Below the pieces are notes generated by a model. The model ran no database searches. It was given only the letters and a program-made list of their open reading frames with translations, and was not told the origin of the DNA. DNA of 40,338 bases, from the IMG/VR virus record IMGVR_UViG_3300037498_000021, positions 1 to 40,338 of that record; one strand, given 5' to 3'. How positions within the stretch are numbered: the first letter of the stretch is position 1; each line of letters begins with the position of its first letter. The position numbers were made by a program, and so were the translations under genes. Below, in pieces: positions 29,255 to 36,441 of this stretch. Origin of the DNA: a virus. Its lineage: Duplodnaviria; Caudoviricetes.

Positions 29255-29716
29255 ATGGGTACTGTGAAGGGTGTTTTTTTTGGTGGGGTCCCGACTGACA
29301 TTGACTTGCGTTTGCTTCGCGAGGCATTTCCGCCGGCAGAATTGACGGTGGGCAGGCTGCTACCGTATCCGTCTGTGGCCAGGGCGATCAAGAGCGAGGT
29401 CGGATCGTGCCGATACAAGACGGTCACAAACAGGTGGAGAAAAGTGTTGGAATCCGAACACGGGCTGATAGTCGGGACTAAGGCCGGCGAGGGGTTCATC
29501 GTTTTGGATGACCATGAGAAGTTGGATCTCTCAAGCTCGAAAATCAGATCGTCACGGCGTGCTGCCAGGCGCTCTCTGCAGGTGGCCGCAAAGATCGACC
29601 GGAAGGCGCTGACGGAACCAGAGCAGCGTGAGCACGACCTGAACACTCTACGGGCGGCGGCCATCACGGCCACGGCTCAGATCCGCAAGGCGCTGGACAT
29701 GCCAAGTCTTGGGTAA
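29255..29716 (+). CDS. Array-embedded hypothetical basic protein
   Basis: GGAAAGGG RBS; fills the gap between arrays 2 and 3; possible winged helix followed by a helical region. Confidence 0.75.
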   Translation: MGTVKGVFFGGVPTDIDLRLLREAFPPAELTVGRLLPYPSVARAIKSEVGSCRYKTVTNRWRKVLESEHGLIVGTKAGEGFIVLDDHEKLDLSSSKIRSSRRAARRSLQVAAKIDRKALTEPEQREHDLNTLRAAAITATAQIRKALDMPSLG

Positions 29717-29719
29717 CGA

Positions 29720-29961
29720 GGAACACGACAGGGCCGGGCTCGGCACGGCGCGGCAGGGCGCGGCGCGGCTTGGCTGGGCATGGCGAGGAACAAGGCGCGG
29801 CTGGGCCGGGCGGGGCGCGGCGAGGCCGGGCAAGGCAAGGCGAGGAACAAGGCATGGCATGGCTTGGCGGGGCGGGGCGGGGCAGGGCAAGGCGAGGAAC
29901 ACGGCGCGGCTTGGCAGGGCGCGGCGGGGCAAGGCGTGGCGAGGAACAAGGCGAGGAGCAA
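29720..29961 (+). repeat. GGC-NN pentamer array 3 (4 units: 12, 10, 9, 8 pentamers)
   Basis: Same grammar; first pentamer is GAC-AG; ends GGCGA-GGAGCAA. Confidence 0.95.
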
Positions 29962-29966
29962 AGCTC

Positions 29967-30323
29967 ATGGCAAGGGCGATTTACAGGCACGGCGTGATGA
30001 ACAAGACAGAAGCGCGGTATGCGATGAAACTGCGGGCGTTCGTGTCTTCGGGACTGGTGAAAGAGTTTGCATACGAGGCCGTGAAGTTGCGCATTGGCGA
30101 GGCCTGCTTTTACACGCCTGACTTCATGGTGATCAACGTGGACGACGTTGTCGAGTTCCACGAGGTCAAAGGTTTCTGGCGCGATGACGCCAGGGTCAAG
30201 ATCAAGGCAGCGGCGGAGAAATTTCCGTTCCGGTTCATCGCCGTGCAGGAGGTTGGCGGGAAGTGGAAATACGAGGAGATCAAAGGTAAACAGGGGGACA
30301 GCATTGTAGGGGGTCAAAAATGA
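29967..30323 (+). CDS. DUF1064-like PD-(D/E)XK endonuclease
   Basis: MNKTEARY, YTPDF, HEVKG, ARVKIK; start moved to ATG 29967 behind GAGGAG. Confidence 0.82.
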   Translation: MARAIYRHGVMNKTEARYAMKLRAFVSSGLVKEFAYEAVKLRIGEACFYTPDFMVINVDDVVEFHEVKGFWRDDARVKIKAAAEKFPFRFIAVQEVGGKWKYEEIKGKQGDSIVGGQK

Positions 30324-30520
30324 GACGGCGCAAGCGGGTCTCGGTCGAAGATGATTTTGCAGTGTGGTTGCGTGAGTTCAGGATGCAGCACGAGCGAACA
30401 CAGCAAGAGGTTGCGGAGGTGCTTGGGATCAGCGTCCCACGCATCAGCGAATGGGAACGCAGGGTTCGCACGCCGAAGCGACTGACTATCGAGGGCATCA
30501 AGGCGAGGTTGAAAGAATGA
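30320..30520 (+). CDS. XRE/Cro-like helix-turn-helix regulator
   Basis: LREFR..TQQEVAEVLGISVPRISEWERRVRTP. Confidence 0.9.
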   Translation: MRRRKRVSVEDDFAVWLREFRMQHERTQQEVAEVLGISVPRISEWERRVRTPKRLTIEGIKARLKE

Positions 30521-30693
30521 ATAAGGCGTTTGAGAACAGATTTTTCTTTCGATGTCATGCCTGCGGGCATTGCACCGACAAACCAAAGGCAGATCGCAGG
30601 TGCGAGAAATGCGGAAAAACGATTTGGGAAGCCATCATCGTAGACGAAAGGGATAAGGCAGATGGGCCGAAACCAAGAAACAGGACTCGATAA
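30517..30693 (+). CDS. Small zinc-ribbon protein
   Basis: CHACG and CEKCG; ATGA coupling. Confidence 0.55.
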   Translation: MNKAFENRFFFRCHACGHCTDKPKADRRCEKCGKTIWEAIIVDERDKADGPKPRNRTR

Positions 30694-31006
30694 ATATCGC
30701 AATCAGCCGTGCTTTATTTGCGGAGCGAAGCCCAAGGGCATGCGTCGCGAGTCGATCCTTGAGCGCTACGCGATAGCTGGCAACACGCGTAAAGCGATTT
30801 TCAGACCTGGGCGATGGGTTACGTTTTGCGAGTGCCATCATCCGCGTAATTGGCGGAGATCCATGGGGATTTCATTCAATTTTTGGGTCCAGGCGTTTGC
30901 TCAGGAATATGGAAAAACATTGAGCGAGAAAGTTGCCCAAGAAAACTGGATTGAGATGTACAATGCAAACCTCTCGGCGCATGAGGCGCTGATTAGAATC
31001 ATTTGA
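30662..31006 (+). CDS. Hypothetical Cys/His protein
   Basis: CFICG and CECHH motifs. Confidence 0.55.
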   Translation: MGRNQETGLDKYRNQPCFICGAKPKGMRRESILERYAIAGNTRKAIFRPGRWVTFCECHHPRNWRRSMGISFNFWVQAFAQEYGKTLSEKVAQENWIEMYNANLSAHEALIRII

Positions 31007-31020
31007 GAGGGCCTTGCATC

Positions 31021-31266
31021 ATGGTCGATTTTGTGAAACTACTCGGCGAAAGTGGGAGCTTCACGGTGTCGCTGGTCGGAATTTTGATCTACTGGCAACT
31101 CATGCGAGAAAGGAGGCTGAGCGATAGACTCGATAAAGTGCAGGACGACCATACAGTTGTCATGCGGGAGTTGGTGCAGCGCAATAATTTGGCGCTGAAG
31201 GACGTAGCGGTTGCGCTGGAGAATTTGACCAAAAATTGCGAGAAAGAAAGGGTGAAACGAGAATGA
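31021..31266 (+). CDS. Holin-like single-TM protein
   Basis: N-terminal TM followed by amphipathic coiled coil. Confidence 0.5.
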   Translation: MVDFVKLLGESGSFTVSLVGILIYWQLMRERRLSDRLDKVQDDHTVVMRELVQRNNLALKDVAVALENLTKNCEKERVKRE

Positions 31267-31772
31267 CACGTAAACAGTTGCTTGCCTTGCCGATCATTGT
31301 CGCGTTGGTCTTGGCGCTGACTGGGTGCGGCGAGAGTATTCAGGCGGCCAGGGCAATCGGCGCCATCGAGGCATCGAGCATAAACTACGACCAAAACAGG
31401 GATCGGATCGACGAGGCCTTCATCCAGTTCTACAGAGCGAAGATGATTGCCGAAGCCGATGCCCTGGCTGACGCTGCGGTGAAGGCCGAGACGAAGCCTG
31501 TCGATGGCGTGCCGATGGCAAATCCGAACAACCTTGCCTTGATCTATGCCAAAAAGCTCGATGACTACAAGACCATCGAATGCAGGATCATCGAGATGAG
31601 AACGAAGATCATCGCTGCAAAACAGGATCATGTGAACATCATCCAATACAGCGATGCGATGAAGCAATATTTCAATGCCTCGACATCGAGCGCTGACCTG
31701 CTCAATAAAAACACCGAGCAGCTGCTGCAAATGCTGGAACAGTTCATGCCAAAGAAAGGCGGTGGCAAATGA
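31263..31772 (+). CDS. Lipoprotein, helical (possible lysis/spanin-like)
   Basis: Signal peptide with lipobox LTG-C. Confidence 0.7.
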   Translation: MTRKQLLALPIIVALVLALTGCGESIQAARAIGAIEASSINYDQNRDRIDEAFIQFYRAKMIAEADALADAAVKAETKPVDGVPMANPNNLALIYAKKLDDYKTIECRIIEMRTKIIAAKQDHVNIIQYSDAMKQYFNASTSSADLLNKNTEQLLQMLEQFMPKKGGGK

Positions 31773-32035
31773 GCGTATTAAGTCTGGAGCATGTCAAGGC
31801 GAGGTTGATTGAGCTTGGATATCAGGGCGAGCCAACGCCTGAGATCTTGCGGCAGTATGGGTGGATTCCTGACGATCCGCTGGCGAACGTGGACCTGTCG
31901 GGGCCGATCAGGACGAAAGAGCAGTTGTTGGACGACCTTGCGCTGCTCAAGGACGAGATGGAGGCGAACAGTGTGCCGCAACAAATCATTGACGGCATGC
32001 TGAAGGTCGCCGGGACCGTTTTGAAATTCATTTAG
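31769..32035 (+). CDS. Hypothetical protein
   Basis: ATGA coupling, RBS. Confidence 0.6.
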   Translation: MSVLSLEHVKARLIELGYQGEPTPEILRQYGWIPDDPLANVDLSGPIRTKEQLLDDLALLKDEMEANSVPQQIIDGMLKVAGTVLKFI

Positions 32036-32045
32036 GAGTGCAAAA

Positions 32046-32147
32046 ATGCGTTGGAAATACGTTGTTTTCGCTTTGCTGGTGGGATTGATTGTACTGGGCG
32101 TGACTGGTTGTCTGAGGGATGATTTGGGCAACCTGCACAATTTCTAG
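32046..32147 (+). CDS. 33-aa lipoprotein not in the ORF track
   Basis: TAGGAG RBS; MRWKYVVFALLVGLIVLGVTG-CLRDDLGNLHNF with lipobox VTG-C. Confidence 0.55.
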   Translation: MRWKYVVFALLVGLIVLGVTGCLRDDLGNLHNF

Positions 32148-32224
32148 TTTTTGCGTGCCTTGGTTCGGGTTACTTCCCGTGACCTGGGCCTTGGCACGAT
32201 CTAAACATCACGTGGGGTGATAAG

Positions 32225-32410
32225 ATGATCTGTCCTAATCCGAATTGCGGATACCGCGGCGAACCCAAAAGGGTCGCCCGCGGTAGTTGCCTCGTTGGTC
32301 TTGCACTGTGTTTCTTTTTTCTTCTGCCGGGAATTCTTTACCTGATGTTTCGTGGCGGATATCGATACTATTGCCCAAACTGCGGCATGCAAATATCGGG
32401 AGATCTATAG
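32225..32410 (+). CDS. LITAF-like membrane zinc-ribbon protein
   Basis: CPNPNC, hydrophobic hairpin, YYCPNC. Confidence 0.65.
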   Translation: MICPNPNCGYRGEPKRVARGSCLVGLALCFFFLLPGILYLMFRGGYRYYCPNCGMQISGDL

Positions 32411-32411
32411 C

Positions 32412-32603
32412 ATGACACGGCGCATGATTTTTGACCGAACGATTGACGTGCCATTGCCTGATGGGCCGCGTGAAGATCTGAATTTTACCGTGAGGATGTG
32501 TCGGCACTGCGGGCAGTCGGCGAGGCATATCACGACGTTGAACGGGTGGCGGTGCATGATGTGTGGGCGTTTTACAAAAGAAGAGACGAAAGGCGGTGAG
32601 TGA
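32412..32603 (+). CDS. Small zinc-ribbon protein
   Basis: CRHCG and CMMCG. Confidence 0.55.
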   Translation: MTRRMIFDRTIDVPLPDGPREDLNFTVRMCRHCGQSARHITTLNGWRCMMCGRFTKEETKGGE

Positions 32604-32794
32604 TGGGGCGTAGATCGAGGACGTTGTCGGGGTCGAGGTCAGGGTCGAGGTCGAGGTCGGGGTCGGGGTCGGGGTCGTGGTCGTGGTCGGGGTCGGGGTC
32701 GGGGTCGTGGTCGGGGTCGGGGTCGAGGTCGGGGTCGTGGTCGTGGTCGGGGTCGGGGTCGGGGTCGTGGTCGTGGTCGGGGTCGGGGTCTTAA
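32600..32794 (+). CDS. Ser-(Gly/Trp/Arg) dipeptide repeat ORF
   Basis: RBS and start, stop right after the repeat; translation unproven. Confidence 0.5.
   Translation: MMGRRSRTLSGSRSGSRSRSGSGSGSWSWSGSGSGSWSGSGSRSGSWSWSGSGSGSWSWSGSGS
32627..32791 (+). repeat. (TCG-NGG)27 hexamer tandem repeat
   Basis: 27 hexamers, N = G, T or A, one TCA variant. Confidence 0.95.
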
Positions 32795-32821
32795 TAAACT
32801 CACTACCTAAAGGGGCTAGTC

Positions 32822-33085
32822 ATGAAAAAGCTTGTAACGGTTACTGAGGTCGAAGGCGAAGGGCTCGATGGATTGTTGGGCGAGAGAGTTACCTTGTTTT
32901 GTATGAATTACATCTACACGGGCGATCTCGTTGGGGTGAACGCGAAATTTGTAAAGCTGGAAAACGCGAGCATTGTTTACGAGACCGGTCCCTTGTGTGA
33001 TGGAAAGTGGAAGGATGCCCAGGCGCTTCCGAAAGCGCTGTACGTGATGGCGCACGCGATTGAGTCGTTCATGATTCTGAAATAA
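32822..33085 (+). CDS. Small Sm/LSm-like beta-barrel protein
   Basis: LLGERVTLF..YIYTGDLVGVN..FVKLENASIV matches the Sm1 pattern by eye. Confidence 0.55.
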   Translation: MKKLVTVTEVEGEGLDGLLGERVTLFCMNYIYTGDLVGVNAKFVKLENASIVYETGPLCDGKWKDAQALPKALYVMAHAIESFMILK

Positions 33086-33137
33086 GAGAAAGGTGGTGAG
33101 TGATGATCGCTGCGCGTAGTGCCAAGAAAGGCGGTGA

Positions 33138-33356
33138 GTGATGGATACCAGAACGGGTGAAATACTTACAGAAGCAGAGGCAATGTTTCGAGATAGCAAG
33201 TATATCCGAAAGTGCGTGGTTGTTACTCCTGACATGATGGCACGCAGACCGCCTCGTGTTTTGCCAAACGAGAAGTGTCCATGTGGCAGTGGCAAGAAGT
33301 TCAAGCGGTGTTGCCTATATCGTGGCGACAATATGGTTAAGGAGGTCGAGGGATGA
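33138..33356 (+). CDS. SEC-C motif zinc-binding protein
   Basis: NEKCPCGSGKKFKRCC. Confidence 0.85.
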   Translation: MMDTRTGEILTEAEAMFRDSKYIRKCVVVTPDMMARRPPRVLPNEKCPCGSGKKFKRCCLYRGDNMVKEVEG

Positions 33357-33601
33357 AAGCGCAAAAGAAGCGATGCCCGAGTTGTGGGTCGTGGATTCCT
33401 GACGGAGGGGGATGGGGGATTTGCAGGAACCTCATGCCGGCCCAGGATGTGTGGACGTGGCCATACGGCGGAGAGTTGACCTTCAGGGCTTTTGGGTGCG
33501 TTTACCATAAGGCAAAGAAGGCAACGAAGAAACCGATCTGTGACAGATGCGGTAAGGCGTACAATCCGCTGGCCGGATACTGTTGTTGCGCTGGGGCATG
33601 A
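33353..33601 (+). CDS. Cys-rich hypothetical protein
   Basis: AAGGAGGT RBS; CPSC, CDRC. Confidence 0.55.
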   Translation: MKAQKKRCPSCGSWIPDGGGWGICRNLMPAQDVWTWPYGGELTFRAFGCVYHKAKKATKKPICDRCGKAYNPLAGYCCCAGA

Positions 33602-33656
33602 AGGGCGGTCGGATGTGCGGGCGATTCGCGGAAGATAAGAAGAAAGGGTTCGAGGA

Positions 33657-33902
33657 ATGAGTGAGAGTGTGAGTGTTTGGTGGTGCTGTAGCGGCGAATA
33701 TCCGGACCACGATCCGGAATGTCCGCTACTATTGGCGCTCGCAAATGCTGATGCTGATAAAAAGTTGTTACAGTTGGTGTGCAACAAATGCGGGCAGGTT
33801 GCGGTAGATTTTGGAGTAGCTGGCGAGTGTGGTCGGATTGAGATGGGCGAAAGGTGTAAATGTGGCGGGATTTACATGCACAAAAAGAAAGGCGGTGCGT
33901 GA
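33657..33902 (+). CDS. Cys-rich hypothetical protein
   Basis: GAGG RBS; CNKCG, CKCGG. Confidence 0.5.
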   Translation: MSESVSVWWCCSGEYPDHDPECPLLLALANADADKKLLQLVCNKCGQVAVDFGVAGECGRIEMGERCKCGGIYMHKKKGGA

Positions 33903-34330
33903 TGGAAAATCTGGTTAAGTTGGAAGTAAGCAACGACGTGGTACGGCCGATCGTTGAGGCGCAAATCCGGGCGGCGATTGTGGCGGAAATGTCGAAGAAC
34001 CCGCAAAAGCTCTTCGATGCGATGGTTATGGAGGCCCTGCAATTCAAGGTTGCAAGAGACGGGCGCATGAGTCAATACAGTTCAGAAAACAATTTTTCGT
34101 GGTTGTCAATACAGTTGGCCAATGTCGTTCGCGAAGAGGCCAAGCGTGCGGTGGAAGAGATGATCGCGGAGAATCGCGACAAGATCAAAAATGCAATCAA
34201 GAAAGAGTTGCAAAAGGAAAACAACGCGAATCAACTCGCGGCGGCGGTGATTTCTGGGATGACACACCACTTGAAGTGCAAGTACACGAATCACATTGAT
34301 ATCAGGTTCGAGAGCCCAAAGAGCGAGTAA
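33902..34330 (+). CDS. Helical hypothetical protein
   Basis: GAAAGGCGG RBS and TGATG coupling. Confidence 0.65.
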   Translation: MENLVKLEVSNDVVRPIVEAQIRAAIVAEMSKNPQKLFDAMVMEALQFKVARDGRMSQYSSENNFSWLSIQLANVVREEAKRAVEEMIAENRDKIKNAIKKELQKENNANQLAAAVISGMTHHLKCKYTNHIDIRFESPKSE

Positions 34331-34335
34331 CAAAT

Positions 34336-34464
34336 GGTGCGGCGGCGTGGTGGGACACGCACAGTAGGCCGAGTGCGCATAGGCCGAAGAACCACAACAG
34401 TGCAAGAGGCCGCAACGGTGGGGCCTCCCTGAGGGAGTAGCCGGTTCGAGTCCGGCCCGCACCA
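34336..34464 (+). ncRNA. tRNA-like RNA with expanded anticodon domain
   Basis: Acceptor GGTGCGG/CCGCACC-A, D arm GCGT/ACGC, T arm GCCGG-TTCGAGT-CCGGC; 79 nt between D and T arms. Confidence 0.75.
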
Positions 34465-34489
34465 AAACATGCAAAGGAGGTCGAGGGTG

Positions 34490-34783
34490 ATGTGCGAAAT
34501 TTCTGAGGCCGAGAAGAATTTAAAACCACTCCTTACAGACGAGTTTCTGTCTGTGCTAATGTTTGCGGCGAATACTTGCGGCTGGAATGTAGATTATGTC
34601 GGTAGTATAGATTTCGTTTTGTGGTGCCGCGATGTCGCAGGCAAGAAAGATTCTGGAAGACTGGAAGACTTGAGGCGTTGGGTGATGGGGATGAGGGCGT
34701 TGGGTGAATCCAATGCTGCCATCACCGGTACCAGTCTGGTGGATTGCGAGGAAGACGAAAAAGAAGGCAAAAAGGAGATTTGA
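34490..34783 (+). CDS. Hypothetical protein
   Basis: AAGGAGGT RBS. Confidence 0.55.
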   Translation: MCEISEAEKNLKPLLTDEFLSVLMFAANTCGWNVDYVGSIDFVLWCRDVAGKKDSGRLEDLRRWVMGMRALGESNAAITGTSLVDCEEDEKEGKKEI

Positions 34784-35055
34784 TCGTGATAGGCATAATC
34801 TACAAATATACACTGGTTGCATACAGCAGGACGGAAATAAATACTCCTGTGGGATCAATAATTTTGTCATGCCAAGCTCAAAGAGATCAAATATGCATCT
34901 GGGTTCTGTCGAATATGGACGAACTGAAAACCGAAAAACGGTCATTCATTACACAGGGAACTGGCCACAAAATGGATTTTGGGCAAATGGTATATATAGG
35001 GACGGTTCAACTCAACGGTGGATATGATGTGCAACATGTATTTGAAGTAAAGTAA
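34780..35055 (+). CDS. Small phage hypothetical protein
   Basis: IYKYTL..ICIWV..GTGH..YIGTVQ..HVFE pattern common in phage accessory genes; AAGGAG RBS. Confidence 0.6.
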   Translation: MIVIGIIYKYTLVAYSRTEINTPVGSIILSCQAQRDQICIWVLSNMDELKTEKRSFITQGTGHKMDFGQMVYIGTVQLNGGYDVQHVFEVK

Positions 35056-35085
35056 AAGTGGAAGCTTTGGAAAGGAGGTCGAGGG

Positions 35086-36441
35086 ATGAGTTACGAGCAG
35101 TTTTTGGAGGCGAAAACCCATGTCGGCGCAGAGCACGGATTTGACCCGATATGGATGCCGGACAGCCTGTTTCCGTTTCAGGCGGCGCTTGTGGAGTGGG
35201 CATGTAGGAAAGGACGTGCGGCGATTTTTGCGGACTGTGGCTTGGGCAAGACGCCGATGCAGCTTGTATGGGCGGAGAACGTAGCGAGGAAGACCGACGG
35301 GCGCGTGCTGATCCTGACTCCTTTGGCGGTAGCATTTCAGACCGTGCGCGAAGGCGAAAAATTCGGCATTGAGGTGGCCCATCGGCGTGAAGGATTGCAG
35401 GATGGAGATAGGATCGTGGTCACGAATTACGAGCGCTTACACTATTTCAATGCTGAAGATTTTCAGGGCGTGGTGTGTGATGAGAGTAGTATCCTGAAAA
35501 ACTTTGATGGATCGACGCGCAAGGCGATAACTGACTTCATGCGCAAGCGCCCATATCGATTGCTTTGCACGGCAACGGCAGCGCCGAACGACTACATGGA
35601 GCTGGGGACGAGTAGCGAGGCCCTTGGAGTCATGGAGCGCAAGCACATGCTGGCGCAGTTCTTTACGCATGACGGAGGCGATACGGCTAAATGGAGAATA
35701 AAGGGTCATGCTCGCGAGCATCTATTTTGGAGATGGATTTGCTCTTGGGCCAGAGCGATGCGAAATCCTTCGGATTTGGGATTTATAGATACCGCATTCA
35801 ACCTGCCATCATTGCATACAAGGCAGCATCTCGTGAAGGCATCGCAACCACTTGATGGATACTTGTTTGACATGCCTGCTGTTGGGTTGGATGAGCAAAG
35901 GGCAGACCTAAGGCGAACGATGGATGAGCGCTGCGGGATGGTAGTGGATTTATGCAACGCCCACAATAATCCATCGGTATGCTGGACGAATTTAAATGCT
36001 GAAGCTGATGCTATTGCAAAAGCGACGCGTGGAGCTGTAAATGTTCAGGGGTCGGATAGTGATGAGGCGAAGGAAAATGCATTTGCGGCCTTTGCCAAAG
36101 GTGAAGTTCGCGTAATCGTCAGCAAGCCCTCGATTGCAGGATTTGGCCTTAACTGGCAGCATTGCGCGCATATGACGTTTTTTCCCTCACACTCATATGA
36201 ACAGTATTATCAGTGCGTGCGCCGGTGTTGGAGGTTTGGTCAGCGTCGCGATGTCACTGTTGATATTGTAACGACTGACGGGCAGAGCAACGTACTGTGC
36301 AATATGCAGCGCAAGGCCGATGCTGCATCAAAGATGTTCGAGCAGATTGTAGCGCTGATGCGCAAGGAATTACGTATTACAAAAACAGCGGGATACACGA
36401 AGGAAGAGGAGGTTCCGTCATGGCTGTGCGAGATCAGGTAA
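35086..36441 (+). CDS. SNF2-like superfamily 2 helicase
   Basis: ADCGLGKT, CDESS, TATAAPND, GFGLNWQ, QCVRRCWRFGQ. Confidence 0.92.
   Translation: MSYEQFLEAKTHVGAEHGFDPIWMPDSLFPFQAALVEWACRKGRAAIFADCGLGKTPMQLVWAENVARKTDGRVLILTPLAVAFQTVREGEKFGIEVAHRREGLQDGDRIVVTNYERLHYFNAEDFQGVVCDESSILKNFDGSTRKAITDFMRKRPYRLLCTATAAPNDYMELGTSSEALGVMERKHMLAQFFTHDGGDTAKWRIKGHAREHLFWRWICSWARAMRNPSDLGFIDTAFNLPSLHTRQHLVKASQPLDGYLFDMPAVGLDEQRADLRRTMDERCGMVVDLCNAHNNPSVCWTNLNAEADAIAKATRGAVNVQGSDSDEAKENAFAAFAKGEVRVIVSKPSIAGFGLNWQHCAHMTFFPSHSYEQYYQCVRRCWRFGQRRDVTVDIVTTDGQSNVLCNMQRKADAASKMFEQIVALMRKELRITKTAGYTKEEEVPSWLCEIR

Noticed and set aside
27991-29961. Calling the arrays CRISPR
   Set aside because: The constant linker is only 7-12 nt, the intervening units are themselves periodic, and there is no cas1/cas2.
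27991-29961. Calling the arrays simple microsatellites or assembly artefacts
   Set aside because: Every unit has a different NN string on an almost invariant scaffold, in three separate intergenic sites.
29709-29966. N-terminal 86 aa of the 204-aa ORF
   Set aside because: It is translated array sequence; the nuclease domain starts at ATG 29967 with its own RBS.
27837-29997. Many overlapping Ala/Arg/Gly/Trp/Pro-rich ORFs on both strands across the arrays
   Set aside because: By-products of a GC-rich 5-nt repeat lacking stop codons; the period is not a multiple of three and all frames are similarly open.
33138-33356. secA gene fragment
   Set aside because: Only the short SEC-C zinc motif is present, which occurs in many small standalone proteins.
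32816-33787. 323-aa minus-strand ORF, and other long minus-strand ORFs such as 2283..3119
   Set aside because: Antisense shadows of + strand genes with clear RBSs and motifs; no recognisable domains.
34336-34464. Standard tRNA or attP site
   Set aside because: No assignable anticodon loop and no integrase in the genome.
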